From NCBI RefSeq assembly GCF_902713615.1, contig NC_052170.1:9100744-9164743 (forward strand): a DNA stretch of 64,000 nt, written 5' to 3'. A program made the translations under genes and the position numbers. The DNA comes from Scyliorhinus canicula (Eukaryota). The notes under the pieces are model-generated. The model was given only the letters and a program-made list of their open reading frames with translations, had not been told where the DNA came from and did not search any database. Below, piece after piece: positions 26,380 to 40,043 of the stretch; position 1 is the first letter of the stretch; the number at the start of each line of letters is the position of its first letter.

Positions 26380-27424
26380 ATTGTTTTTTCGGAATGGCAG
26401 CCGGTGACCAGCGGTGTCCCACAGGGTTCAGTGTTGGGGCCGCAGCTGTTCACCATATATATTAATGATCTGGATGAAGGGACTGGGGGCATTCTAGCAA
26501 AGTTTGCCGATGATACGAAGTTAGGTGGTCAGGCAGGTAGTGCTGAGGAAGTGGGGAGGCTGCAGAAGGATCTAGACAGTTTGGGAGAGTGGTGCAGGAA
26601 ATGGCTGAAGCAATTCAACGTGAGAAAATGTGAGGTCTTGCACTTTGGAAAAAAGAATCCAAGCATAGACTACTTTCTAAACGGTGAGAAAATTCATAAT
26701 GCCAAAGTACAAAGGGATCTGGGAGTGCTAGTCGAGGATTCCCTAAAGGTAAACATGCAGGTTGAATCTGTGATTAAGAAAGCGAATGCAATGTTGTCAT
26801 TTATCTCAAGAGGGTTGGAATATAAAAGCAGCGATGTGCTACTGAGCCTTTATAAGGCTCTGGTTAGGCCCCATTTGGAGTACTGTGTCCAGTTTTGGGC
26901 CCCACATCTCAGGAAGGACATACTGGCGCTGGAGCGTGTCCAGCGGAGATTCACACGGATGATCCCTGGAATGGCGGGTCTAACATATGATGAACGGCTG
27001 AGGATCCTGGGATTGTATTCATTGGAGTTTAGAAGGTTAAGGGGAGATCTAATAGAAACTTACAAGATAATACATGGCTTAGAAAGGGTGGACGCAAAGA
27101 AGCTGTTTCCGTTAGGCGAGGAGACGAGGACCCGTGGGCACAGCCTTAGAATTAGAGGGGGTAAATTCAGAACAGAAATGCGGAGACATTTCTTCAGCCA
27201 GAGAGTGGTGGGCCTGTGGAATTCATTGCCGCGGAGTGCAGTGGAGGCCGTGACGCTAAATGGCTTCAAGGCAGAGATAGATAAATTCTTGATGTCGCAA
27301 GGAATTAAGGGCTACGGGGAGAATGCTGGTAGGTGGAGTTGAAATGCCCATCAGCCATGATTGAATGGCGGAGTGGACTCGATGGGCCGAATGGCCTTAC
27401 TTCCACTCCTATGTCTTATGGTCT
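26380..27424 (+). mobile_element. Young 5'-truncated CR1 LINE (uninterrupted RT C-terminus) inserted into a minus-strand SINE
   Basis: GVPQGSVLGP..KFADDTK..RPHLEYC open to the stop at 27342. The host SINE resumes at 27425. Confidence 0.95.
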
Positions 27425-27599
27425 TTAGCGTGGCCAATCCATCTAACTTGCACATCATTTTGGGCTGTGGGGGTGAGACCCACACAGACACGGGGAAAGT
27501 GTGCAAATTCCATACAGGCAGTGACCCGGGGCCGGAATGGAACCCGGGTCCTCAGCACTGTGAGGCAGCAGTGCTAACCTCTGCACCATCGTGCCGCCC
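27425..27599 (-). mobile_element. HE1/V-SINE 5' part (its tail is at ~26345-26378, separated by the CR1)
   Basis: caattaaggggca...|...tagcgtggccaatcc continuity across the CR1. Confidence 0.85.
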
Positions 27600-27895
27600 A
27601 TCATTTAAGACAAGAATTGACAGTTTTTTTCTTTCACAGGATCATGAGTTTTTGGAACTCAGTTTCCACGTCCCCCCCCCCCCCCCCCCCCCCCCCCCAA
27701 TCCCCTTTTTGAGGAAGGAAGTCTTTAAATGTTTTTTTAAGGCAGGGATAGGTAGATTCTTGATAAGCAACAGGGTGAAAGGTCACCGGGTGTAGGCGGA
27801 AATGTGAAATGTAGACTACGATCAGCTCAGCCATGATCTTACTTGAATCGTGGAGAAGGCTTGAGGGGCCAAGTGGCCTCCTCCTGCTCCTAGTA
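27600..27895 (+). mobile_element. CR1 3' tail fragment
   Basis: FKAxIxRFL-type end and 3' UTR gatcagccatgat...ggcctcctcctgctcc. Confidence 0.7.
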
Positions 27896-28426
27896 CTCAA
27901 GTGTGCTTACCCTGACCCTGTAGAGGGCAGCAGCTACAATGGAGCTTCAACACATTGGCCCCCCAACTTGTGCAAATATTCAAAACAACAACAAAATGTA
28001 CCGCAGAACACAAAATGGGCCGATCCCACCTTTTAGGTTTGAGATACTTCACACTCCATCATACGAGACCATTGTACGGTACATAATTTGGGCCAGTCTA
28101 ACCTGCTTGGTACAACATAACATACAGGAGCTTCATTTCGTAGTAATACAAGTAAAAATAACAATGGAACAATTATCTTTATTCAGCATTACGTGCGTCA
28201 ATATTCCTAAGAGCAAAAATAAAATGTTACCGTATCCAGAGTTAATCTACATTGGCTTGCTTTACTACCCTTGGTATTGGCAGCCCTTCTCTCAGCAGGT
28301 ACTCAGCAAGACCTTGGAAAGTAGGTTGACTTCTGCAGCCTCATTTGAAGCCAGGGGCAGCCCAGTACCATACAGACACAGGTGGTCTTGCTGTTGGCTG
28401 CCTTCCTGCTCCAGGATTAGAGGCTC

Positions 28427-28612
28427 AGGGGCTGGTTTAACACAGGGCTAAATCGCTGGCTTTGAAAGCAGACCCAGGCAGGCCAGCAGCACGGTTCAAT
28501 TCCCGTACCAGCCTCCCCGAACAGGCGCCAGAATGTGGCGACTAGGGGCTTTTCACAGTAACTTCATTTGAAGCCTACTTGTGACAATAAGCAATTTTAA
28601 TTTCATTTCATT
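28427..28612 (+). mobile_element. Short (~185 bp) tRNA-like SINE with tail X and no V-domain
   Basis: GGGGCTGGTTTA..GGGCTAAA head, B-box GGTTCAATTCCC, tail X, (TTTCA)n end. Confidence 0.85.
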
Positions 28613-28821
28613 CACCACCACCCCCCCACTTGCGCACAGCAGCAGCAAAATATTTCTGCCCTCCTCCCAGGGTACAGGTTCTCCTCCTGGAGGAACCGTT
28701 AGCAGCCACAGCCAACACTGCAAATAACGGTTCGATTTGGCATTGCCCGTTAAAAATTGGTTGGACAGCAAAATGTCAAATTTTGTCCAAAATGTCCAAA
28801 AATCTATCCTGTTCCACTCAA

Positions 28822-29410
28822 GACCAGGCTACCGCCAAGAAAGCACAACAGTGCCTATACTTCCTCAGGAAGCCAAGGAAATTCGGCATGTCCACACTGA
28901 CTCTTACCAACTTTTACAGATGCACCATAGAAAGCATCCTATCGGGCTGCATCACAGCCTGGTACGGCAACTGCTCGGCCAAAGACCGCAAGGAACTTCA
29001 GAGTGTCGTGAACACTGCCCAGTCCATCACATGAACCCGCCTCCCACCCATTGACTCCATCTACACCTCCTGCTGCCTGGGGAAAGCGGGCAGCATAATC
29101 AAAGACCCCTCCCACCCGGCTTACTCACTCTTCCAACTTCTTCCATCGGGCAAGAGATACAAAAGTCTGAGAACACGGGCGAACAGACTCAAAAACAGCT
29201 TCTTCCCCGCTGTTACCAGACTCCTAAACGACCCTCTTATGGACTGACCTGATTAATACTACGCTCCTGCATGCTCCACCCGATGCTGCCGTCTAGGTAT
29301 TTACATTGTGTATCTTGTGTTGCCCTATTATGTATTTTCTTTTCATGCTCGCAGAAAAATAGTTTTCACTGTACCTCGGTACATGTGACAACAAACAAAT
29401 CCAACATCCA
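28822..29410 (+). mobile_element. Rex1/Babar-clade LINE 3' fragment
   Basis: KKAQQCLYFLRK..FYRCTIESILSGCITAWYGNCS; 3' end gtacatgtgacaa. Confidence 0.88.
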
Positions 29411-32400
29411 ATTCATCCCTGAAATTTCTGTAAGCAACGAGATCGGAGACGCTGCAGCAGAAGTGCTTCAAATGGAATGCCTGCCCCAATGAAGCAGATA
29501 AAGTTAAAGCGGCACTGGCAGAGGGGACCAGAAACTAAAGTCTATTTTACCCTCCCAACGGGGTGTAGTACAGCAGTTTACGGAGTCTATTTAAAAAAGA
29601 AATTCCACAAACTATAGCAATTTACGATTGAAAGGACAGTAACAGACTGGATTATTCTGCCACACCCCCCGCAAGATAGCCATGGGCAGGACGCGGGCCA
29701 TGTGAAAATCCACTGACCTCAGGGTAGGAATTACTGGTCACTGGGCGGACGTGGCCGAAGAATCCCGCCCAATGTCTCCCGCAAAATACAGTTCATGGAG
29801 GGTAGTTACAGAGAAGTTATGTGAATAAAATCACTTACAGAAGTCTCTGGGTCTGATTGACGGGAGAATTGTCCAATCACGTCCATTCTGCCCAGAATCG
29901 AAGTGCCACCTGGTGCCAACCTGATGTTTTGAAATGAAAATCGAATGTTCTTTGGCCATCAGGTGCACTTTGAAATAAAGCACCTCAAGCTTGGGTCGGT
30001 GTCAGGGAGACTGGATTGTTCTCTGGGAGGTGTAACTGTCACCGGATTCATCTGTTCTGCTTCGAGCTGGGTGATTAGTGGCAACTAGAAAAGCAAACCA
30101 AAAAAAAAAAAAGGAGGGGAAAGCAGAACTGAGAGTTTGAGTTAACGGCAATCCACACGAACCAGAGGTGGCAAAGATGTCTCAGAAATGGGCTGGAAGG
30201 AAGTCGAAGGAAAGTGAAATCAGGGAAGGAAAAAAAAAGCCTCACAAAGCTCCCCTCGGCATAAGCTAACTTCGGTAACGTACGATTTGCCACCACGTTT
30301 TTCCATTGCTGATTGATGTAGACCCCCCCCCAAAACTTGTAGAGATCTGGAGGTAAAGGACAGATTGGCAGCGTGGGTAGTAAATGCGTCCTTGAAGCAG
30401 ATCACAAATTCTCACAGCACGATTCATGTCGGGAATTTTTCTTTTGGATCAGGCCAAGCACTCGGGTTTCCACCTGCATGGGAGGGCTTTTCGCGTCAGT
30501 CTGTAAAGGTAGAGTCAAGCAGAGATGACAACATGGGCAGGTCCACCCTTGAAACAAAATCCGAGGAGGCTAACAATAGCTGAACGTTTTTTTTTGGTAC
30601 GGGAGGGAGGAAAGGGGAAGGTGCACTCTCAATACACCTTCAACATACTAATAGATCTGGTTGATAAATAAGCACGCTAATGAGATCTAATATCCACTTG
30701 CCAACTTTTCCATAAATAACAGTATTAGCTTACGAGAGCTACCATATTTGAGAATCAAGCAGTGTTCGGTGTAAAATAAAAGGCCCTCTTTTGCCACTGG
30801 GCCCACTTGCTCCTGCCTTTCCCACTGTGGGCAGGAATCCGACAAGTTGACCGCCACTAATCAACTTCACAACCAGCAACAATACGGGCCATGAATGAAA
30901 CAATGAGATTGCGGAAGAGATTTTGGTTGCACGGTGGTGAGGACTGCGGAGTGGTGCATGGCATTACTGTCCCGTGTGTACCCAGTTCAAGTACAGCTCA
31001 AATTTGAGAACTGCTATGCGCTGAACTGAAGTGAGAAGCTACAGGGCGATGCCATGCCCTACTCGGCCTGATGTGAAGCTGGGAAAGATTTACGACACGC
31101 AAGAAGGGCGTTTAGCCCATCATGCTCATGCTGGTCGAGAAAGAGCGAGCCAGTCCAATCCCACCTCTATGTCCCCCAACAGGTCTCCATGAAGAAACTT
31201 TAATTATGATTGCAAATGATGGGGGGGAAAAATACAGACGGGGCCCAAAAGTAGTTAATTTTTTTCCCAGTCTTTCGGAGTTATCAATCAGCAAGCAGGT
31301 TTGAATCTAGCAGATAAGCAAAACCGCCAGCTCTCCTTCCATCATCACAAAGCTTTTTTTTGCTTCTCTTGAAGAAAACGCAGTGGTTACCCATTTTTGG
31401 AATGAGGCTCTCAATGATCACAGCAACAGTGTGGCACGAACTCCCCACAAAAGGTTGCTTTCACAGAATGCAATCTCTTGGACAAGTACATCGCTGATTC
31501 CACCTCCATTGTTCTGGGGTGTGGTTCCAACCTTCCCACTCCATAGAATCCTTACAGTGCAGTTGGTGGTCATTCGGCCCTCTGAAAGAGCAACCTACCT
31601 AGACCTGGGGTCCAGCAACAATGATGTAATCAAACCGGCCAAGCAGCCAATCACACCAATGTATTCCCACAGGCAGCAAATCAGGGAGTAAAATGCACTG
31701 GGTTTTTTTTCCCCCACATGCAAAATTTAAATCTCAGAGCAAAATAAATTATTCTGACATACATACACACATGGGATTAAGGTAAAAACTGAAGGATCAA
31801 AAACTTTAAAAAATTTAAAACCTGAATTACTGAAATGGAGAAACTTAACATTCTGTAAATACAAAATTACGCTGTTCAATAATGATTAGGTTCGGACATC
31901 ATTAAGTCCCGATTGCACCTCATTCAACGAGGTACAACCTTTTCCAAGGGTTTTCACAGAGATGAATACTGTAACGGCAAGTTTTTGTCAGATCAGTGAT
32001 TTTCTACATGTCTGAATTCAACAGCACACCCAAAGAGGAGAATCACTGACAGCAACTTCTGGATTTTCACATTTTACTTCCCGAATTCCTGAAGTTGCTA
32101 CCAATTTCAGAGGAGTAATGACAATGAATGTTGGCAGCTTCACTGGCACTCTACAATTCAGGCCACTGGTTAGAATTTTACCTTTTACAGTTTAACAAAA
32201 ATAGAGACATGATACATCATACACGCATGCATACTGACACTTGGATTCCTTCCAAATTCAGAACATCCAACACATCTCTCTTGTTAGCCTATACAAGAAA
32301 CAATGCTAGTTTGGAATTTCAACCACTTGCTTCCTTGTGCATTGTTCCTTCAAATGAGCCAAAACCCCCGAGTGTCTTTTTGGATGGATCCCAAAGCAAC

Positions 32401-34003
32401 AAAACAGTGATGTTCTCCTGCTATCCTAGCCAATATTTCTCCTTCAGCTAACCACACCAAAAGACACTTTACCTAGTTAGTTTATTTATTTGTGGTTTAT
32501 GGGACCTTGGTGTCTGCAAACTGGTTCCCACATATGCCTACATAATTACAATGACTACACTTCAAATCATTCACTGGTTGTAAAGTGCCTCTCGGGCAAC
32601 CTCAAGACACGATACGGTGCTTATTCCTTCTGTTATGTTAATCTCAAATGTAATTTGTCAATCGAATTTATAGAATATGCAAGCATTTTATTACAAAGCG
32701 CATTGCAATGTGGATCCACAATGAACTTCAGAACACCATAATTCGTGACTTTCATCGAAATTAGAATTCAAACTCTACTTTCATTTGCTCACCAAAGGAC
32801 AAGAGCAAATACAGCACAGGATTCCAGCCCAAAGATTCCCGCTAAAAATCAGGCTGTGTGTGTGTCCCAGCCGGCCCGGCTCAACCTTTACACAGAAGAG
32901 GAAACTCAAATTTTGCATTTGTGAAGGAGCCGCAGCATTCATGACCAGATCTTGCGTCTAAATGGGAATTGTTACCCAATGAAAAGACATGGTGGATCGT
33001 GACATTTTCAGTAAAAATGGAGGCAATGACTCGCCACAATAACATGTACATCAGAAACTTTGCTGTAAAAGAGACGGATTTAAAAAAAGAAACATACAGT
33101 AGAAACAACTGCTAGGAACAAGCATAGCAGAGCTTTCAGTGCGAACCATTCTAGGGACACAGCGAGCCTTAGTTGCAACCTCCACACCCTTCAAAAGAGT
33201 TACTGGCAACCTTAAGATAGGAGCTGACAATTAATCCAATTTAATCAATTTAATTTGATATTTAGCAGCAAGAGCTTCTTGCCCCGAATCAATTCATTCC
33301 ATTCCCTTCACTTATTGAACTGCACCCGTCTGGCTAATGGTTCTGTCTACACAGCAAACCCAAACGCTTGACAGCAGGACTTAGGAGCAGAAGGCATTCG
33401 GCCCTTCTAGTCTGCTCCGCCAGTCGAGAAAATCATGGGGCTGGTTTGATCGTGGACACCACTCCACCCCACTCTCCCAGTCAGTCCCTACGAACATGGA
33501 CTACCCCTGCATTATCAAAAACCATATCCCGGCCTCGAATAAACGCAACGGATTTCTTCCAGAATGAACGCAATTGCATTAGAACTGAAATGAACCACAA
33601 TGTCTATGAACGACACAAATCATCTGTAATGTACAAGATCATGAAACATTTCTTCCATTTCTTTCTGTAGAAAGGAATCATTCAGTTGCAACTGACCAAG
33701 AAAACAACAATGCTGCTTGTATATCAGAATAATAGCACGTGCAGTGGCCAGCACATGTCACCCTCGATAACCATATATTTTAAGTTTAGTGAATCACTGA
33801 CCACTGTGAATTAAGAGGATTTCATCCACCGCCTGCGTGACTTGATACATTCTCTGGCATGATATTGTTTCCTGGTAACCAGCATTGTTGAATAAGCTAA
33901 AACGGGAGAGTACAATTGGTCAAAAGCTTCAATTTTAGGGGATGCTGGAGGAACCATGGCATTGAAGCATTGCAGTTATCAAAATTCTCTTGCATCTTTC
34001 CCT

Positions 34004-34737
34004 TCATTTCCTTTGATCCATTTCTGGTTGGAAAGAGCACCGTGGCGGCTCCCTGTCCTGCAACCTTTCGTCTTTCCCCTCTTGTGTTCCTTCCACCAGT
34101 CCCCTGTCGAAAAGCAAGTGACACCTCTTGTCTCTGTCCTCCTGCATTTCCTGCTGGGTAAACTGCCTCATGGCTTCCCAAATCCTACACAACATGTCTT
34201 CCTTCTCGCCCTCGTTCTTCTGCTGCCGCCGGTTCTTGATGCCTTCCCAGTTTTTCCGCAGCCGTTTCTGCCGCTGCTCGTCGGTCTCCTGCTCGCGGCG
34301 CCTTTTGATGCCGTCCCAGTTTCTGCGCAACCTTTGCTCCCGCTCCTCCTCGGATTCCTCCTGCCGGCGGACTTTGGTCGATTCCCAATTTTTCCGCAGT
34401 CTCTCCTCCCGCTGCTCCTGCGATTCCAGCTGCCGCCGGCTTTTAATGGATTCCCTGTTTCTGCGCAATCGTTCGTCCCTCTGCGCTTCCGTTTCCCTTT
34501 CACGGAACCGCTTCATGGCCTCGCGGTTCTTGCGCAGTCTGTCGTCCCGCTGCTCCTCGGACTCCATCTGACGGCGGACTCTCATTGCCTCCCTGTTTTT
34601 GCGCAGTCTGTCTTCCCTCTGCTCCGCCGTCTCGTCTTCCCGGTGCTTTTTCATGGCTTCCCGGTTCTTCCTCAGTTTCTCCTCTTTCTTGGAGTCCACG
34701 GCCTGTTTCTCAGCTAACAGCTCGCCAATCACTGGAT
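34004..34737 (-). CDS. Terminal coding exon of an unnamed STPR (23-aa repeat) protein gene
   Basis: Acceptor ctatctgtcttttaaag|ATCCA at 34737, open to the stop at 34004. Exact 23-aa periodicity E[TS]xxQR[ED]xRLR[KR]N[RW]ExxxxRRxx. Confidence 0.85.
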
Positions 34738-36489
34738 CTTTAAAAGACAGATAGACACAGCTGAGAGCATTTAGAACTGCGACATCACCCAGATTTGAGA
34801 CCAACATTGATATTCTACGGTTATGTTTTCAAATCGTGGCTCTTTTTCTTGGTTTAAACACAAAATTATCTGACGACAAATTTTCAAAAAGTGAATGTAA
34901 TGAGAGATTAATGCCACCCATATTATCAAGACCGGACCTGGCGGCGTTGTATTAGCATCCCTACCGCCGGACCAGAAGCTCCGCCATCGATTCCAATGCT
35001 AGGACTTGTTGGCCGTGGACACGATTCAAGGGCTGATGATCAGCACAGGAATCCTTCCACCATTTCCCCCCACCATTCCCCAAAAGGGTTTAAAAAAAAA
35101 AATCGGCGCGAAGATAAGCCAAAACAAAAAAGACTAGACTGCAGCGGAAAGGCGGAGATGCATTGTGCAGTTGAAGAGAGTTGCTAGACAGATCATAAAT
35201 TAGCGGAGTGTGTCAACATGTCCATTACTCCGCCGTTTGTTTGTTTTTTCCCCCCCCAAGGGCGTCAGTGTTGGAATGTGACAAGGAGAGGCTAGTGTTT
35301 CCTCAAAGGAGGATACGGTAAAATGTGGACATGCATGTATGTAAGGGAGGGAAGCTGCTTGAATGAACCTCCCACTGGCCTGTTTAAGAGTAGCTTTAGC
35401 AGACACCGGAGACATGTATGCCCTCGCAGCTAGGAGGTCCTAATGGAGGCAATGGATGAGGCAGAAAATGCTTAAACAGAGCAAAAATGGCAAGACAAAG
35501 TTGAAGCGAGCAAATTATTTCTACATTCGGTTGTTGCTCATCTAATGGCACTTGTCTGAACGTCAGGGAAACAGACTGCAGAGGATTACTGACCCCAGTG
35601 GTGCAGAGAAGCCGAATTATTACGCGTACAGTCAAAACTACTATCTCTAAACTCAGCTCTTAAGAATCATCATCCAGGCTTGAAACGTTAACTCTTGTTG
35701 CTCTCTACACAGATGCTGCCGGACCTGCTGAGATTTTTCAGCGTCCTCTGGTTTTTATTCCAGATGTCTGGTATCTATAGTACTTTTCTTTCATCTCTGA
35801 AGGAGTTTGGCTATTTTTCCCCGTACGCCAGTTCAGCCCCCCCAGTCTCAGCAGGAGTCAGTAATTCTGGCCAACCAGTCCTCTCCGTGCAGGAGCAAAT
35901 TGAAAAGATTTTGAAAGTAAAGAATAACGCTTTTTAAATGGCTTTGGTCTCGAAATGAAAAAAAGAGGATATGCTGGGAAGCGATCACAAATACAGGCGT
36001 ATTTTTTTTACATTACTTTAAAGAATCCACATTAAAAATGTCAAAGAAGAAAACAAATAGGAAAAAGCGGAAATAAAAATTGCAAATGGTCAGTAATGCT
36101 CAAAACACTGAACAGCACGAGTGTGAAAACACTTGGAACCAAAGCAAAACTAAAAGGCCATTTTTGTCTCAAACACCTGTGCCAGCTCTCCAACAGTTAG
36201 CCAGTTCATCCAATTTCACTTCGCTTTCCTCTAAACCCTTTTAAAAACATTTCAAAGTTATCTACTTCCCTTTTAAAGAGCCATCATGCTGCCGCTGCTA
36301 CAGTTTGCAGAAGGACATTCCATGGTTATTAACCACGGCAACTAGATTTTCTTGAATCGTCATTCTGTTGGCGATAATCTTAACTTTTATGCCCTCATTA
36401 CCTCCTCAAACGGTACCTTTTCCTTGATACCTTAATCAAACCTCTGAACCTTTCAAATAACTGTTACATCTCCTTTTACTTGATGTGCA

Positions 36490-37005
36490 CTACAGGGCAG
36501 AAGGAGACCATTCCGCCCATCGAGCCTCCACCAACGCTCCGAAAGAGCATGCTAACAAGGCCCATTCCCCCACCCTATCCCCATAACCCCACTAATCTGC
36601 ACATCATTGGACACTAGGGGTAATTTAGCGTAGCCAATTCACCTAACCTCTACATCTTTGGATGCTGCTCAAATTGCTATGAATCATAGAATTTACAGTG
36701 CAGAAGGAGGCCACTCGGCCCATCGAGTCTGTATCGGCCCTTGGAAAGAGCTCCCTACTTAAGCCCTCATCTCCACCCTATCCCCGTAACCCCACCTAAC
36801 CTTTTATGGGCACGCAAGGGCAATTTAGCATGGCCAGTCCATCTAACCTGTACATCTTTGAACTGTGGGAGGAAACCGGAGCACCCAGAGGAAACCCACA
36901 CAGACACGGGGAGAAGGTACAGACTCTGCACAGTGACCCAAGCCGGCAATCAAACCTGGGACCCTGGAGCTGTGAAGCAACAGTGCTACCACAGTGCTAC
37001 TGTGC
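36490..37005 (-). mobile_element. Two tandem HE1 SINEs (partial 36490-36665, full 36681-37005)
   Basis: Two reverse tails, one complete head. Confidence 0.88.
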
Positions 37006-37434
37006 ATTTTAAATTTCTTTTGGTGCTATAGTTTGTAGCGATTTGGCATAATGCTCGTGTTTATGCAGCAGCTCAAGTTGCTTTTTCCTGGTTCAGGGTC
37101 TACAGGAACTAATCACAGTGATTCTATTTGATAGTCTGTACAGCACATTGGAATATGCAGCACACAATCTTGCAACACAGGGTGTGAGGTCCGCGCTACT
37201 GATGTGGACCAAGTTCTTATTATGTTGGACCACAGGAGACTCGAGGAGGAAAAAAGTGAAGCAAGTCAACGGCAGCACATTCTCAAGACACTGCCTTAAC
37301 ATTAGCAGGGATCTAGCGTAGGATACAGCACAGAACTCCTTGCCTAAACTTTGATTGTAAGTTAACCTAATATTTCACTCTAGGAGGATCTGCCGCTCAT
37401 TGCTAATTTCATTCTTCATACTTTTTAAAAGAAA

Positions 37435-37651
37435 ATAAATTTAGAGTACCCAATTCTGTTTTCCCCCCCCAATTAAGGTGCAATTTGGCGTGGACAATCC
37501 ACCTACCCTGCGCATCTTTTTGGGTTGTGGGGATGAGACCCACACAGACACGGGAAGAATGTGCAAACTCCACACAGACAATGACTCGGGGCCGGGATTG
37601 AACCCGGGCCCTCGGTGCCGTGTGGCAGCAGTGCTAAGCACTGCGCCGCCC
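37435..37651 (-). mobile_element. HE1/V-SINE, short-tail subtype
   Basis: Reverse head and V-domain. Confidence 0.9.
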
Positions 37652-38286
37652 TTTCATTCTGCATACTCTACTTTCCCACACCATCCAATTTGTTTTGGGG
37701 CCAAAGCCGCAGTGGCCAATTTGTGCCAGGGCCAAGTTCCTTACATACCGAAACTAGTGCCTCCAGAACCACTATCTTAAAAATAAACCTCAGGTTGAAG
37801 ACCTCCATCTCCTCTTTCAGAACAGGTTCCAGACTCTGATAGCAGCACTTACACTGATTCAGCAAGATGTCATTTCCTCCCCTCTCCCTTCACATAGGCA
37901 GGCTACGTACAAAGAAATACAATGGGTTTTAGAAAGGAGTGGGAGGCACAAAAATATGTGCTGATATTTATTAAAGCAATGCAAAGCAAGCAGGGCTGGA
38001 AAGTTCCAGTTAACAAGGAGCTGACTTACTTTCCAGCTTCAAGCTCAAAAGCAATGGGTGTAGCAACTTGATGTTTACTCCCCAACTTCAATCCCTTGAC
38101 TCCTCTATTTTCCTGATGAATGTGAGCGTTTGAGGCCTGTTCCAGTTCTTTGCTACACAACTACCATACCTACACAAAAAGGGCGCAGTTTATTTTCCTT
38201 TTAAGGATTATATTTCTCTACGTAAGAGATTTCAGTTCAATGGCTTCCTCCAAACTCCTCTGTAAGTAAAGGGACCGCCGAGTGTT

Positions 38287-38464
38287 AATGAAATGAAAAA
38301 TGAAAATCGCTTGTCACAAGTAGGCTTCAGTGAAGTTACTGTGAAAAGCCCCTAGTCGCCACATTCCGGCGCCTGTTCGGGGAGGCTGGAATCGAACCGT
38401 GCTGCTGGCCTGCTTGGTCTGCTTTAAAAGCCAGCAAGTTAGCCCAGTGTGCTAAACCAGCCCC
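38287..38464 (-). mobile_element. Short tail-X SINE
   Basis: Reverse complement of the 28427-28612 type. Confidence 0.88.
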
Positions 38465-39365
38465 ATGTAATAATCTACCCAGACTGAAAGGACCAGCGTT
38501 GGAGCCTCAGCCAGTGTTCAGTTGGCAGATCTCAGCTGGGTGCTACAGTGGACAAGAGGCGCCCACAGCCAAGAGAGGAGATTTTTTTTTTTTTAAAAAA
38601 AGATGAATTAGTTAAGGTTTTCACTCCCGATTATGATTCACGAGTAATGGGCAATGGGGGAAAATAATGCTCAGACTGAGCTGTGATGTGCCTTTGGTCA
38701 GACAGCCAGTCAGCACACATGGTTATCACAAAGAATGGCCAGGCGGGCGAAGTAATGGAAAGTAAATGGCACTCAGACGCAAGCAAGAGCTGGAACTTTT
38801 AAGAGCAGAACGGGAAGCAAATGAAAAAAAAACGAAAACGTTTTCAGCCGGTGAAAGCTTTGGCAAGTTTACACGACACCAATTGAAAACCTTAGCTGCC
38901 GAACAATCTATCTTTCTTTTTAAAATAAAGGGTACTCTGGAATGACAGGGTGTAAATTTGACACAGGTGTCAGCTCATACTTGTTCCCAAAGGACCAACA
39001 AGGAGAAATTGAAGGGGGGGAGCGTGCAGCAAAAAAACCGGGATCACGCAAATCGAACATTTAAGGCAGGTGACAAAAAGCTTGGTCAAAGAGGTAGGTT
39101 TTAAGGACCGTCTTAAAAGAGACGCGTATGTAGCCAAAATGAGAAAATACACATCGGGGCTATCGGGAAAGCGCAAGGGAGTGGGACTAAGATGTCCTTT
39201 CAAAGAGGCCGAACAGACACAATGGGCCTCACCCTGTGGTTTACAAAGCACTTGGACACTGACACAAGTGCATGCGGAGGTCAAATTTTAGTTAATTACT
39301 AGGGTTAGGGTTATCTGTATTTGCGTAAAATAGTATGCACTTTACATCGCAATCGGCTCCGAGGG

Positions 39366-39684
39366 AGGGTTGCCAACCTTCCACGATTGGCCTGGAGTCT
39401 CCCAGAATTGAAGATCACTCAGTCCCCAGAGGACGCTGGTGTGTGAAATCGTGGAAGAAATATCAGCGGGGTATTAAAGAAGTTGTTTCCTCCCCCACCC
39501 CCTCTACTCGGTTTGATCTTTTCTCTTTCCCTGTTTTGACATCCCCCAATTGAGTCTTTTTGCTCTCTAACTGGTAGTGCATCACAAGGATGGATATGTC
39601 AGCTGAACAGTGGCAGGCGTGGGGAAAATTTATGCACTGAAATCTCCAGAAATACATTTAATTTAATCACAGTTGGCAATCCTA
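39366..39684. mobile_element. Old hAT-like MITE (related copy ~7570-8150)
   Basis: Termini AGGGTTGCCAAC / GTTGGCAATCCT; internal sequence shared with 7575-7680. Confidence 0.5.
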
Positions 39685-39880
39685 CTTAGCGGGGTTACCG
39701 CACCACCTTTGGACTGAGTAAGAATGGGGATTATAAGAGGCCAGAATAGCAAGATGGCCGTACTACGCACTGATCTCAAAGTGCTAAGTCGCAACATCAT
39801 AGACTGAAAGACGTTCACATTCTTACAATGGCTATCAATAGCTTTGTGACTTAAATACCATCGACTTGGAAACAACTTAC

Positions 39881-39943
39881 CATGCAGAATTGGAAGACCT
39901 TTCAAAGACAGCTCGGTCATAGTTCTCCTGAGGTGATCCCAGT
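39881..39943 (-). CDS. STPR gene exon 5 (NWDHLRRTMTELSLKGLPILH)
   Basis: tttgtag| acceptor, ATG|gtaagt donor, 63 nt, phase 1->1. Joins the terminal exon in frame (G+AT = Asp). Confidence 0.7.
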
Positions 39944-40043
39944 CTACAAACATGCAAGACAAAATTCACAACTCTTTGAATACCATTGTCAAATTCCCAA
40001 AGGAAAAATGCTCTTCAGTTTTCGAGGCCGCAGCACAGCTTAC

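Noticed and set aside
33956-34717. 253-aa hydrophobic + strand ORF (and 34128-34571)
   Set aside because: Antisense shadow of the charged STPR repeats; the splice signals support the minus strand.
34004-34737. Calling the STPR gene ZNF821
   Set aside because: No C2H2 fingers in any predicted exon, different repeat number and sequence, and no ZNF821-like C-terminus.
34738-34807. First 23 residues of the 267-aa ORF (MLVSNL..SFK)
   Set aside because: Reads through the polypyrimidine tract and AG acceptor, so it is most likely intronic.
38030-38169. Exon-like segment with a |gtaagt donor in the last STPR intron
   Set aside because: All three possible acceptors (38152, 38160, 38169) give a stop in the phase-1 frame. 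At most a poison exon, with no further support.
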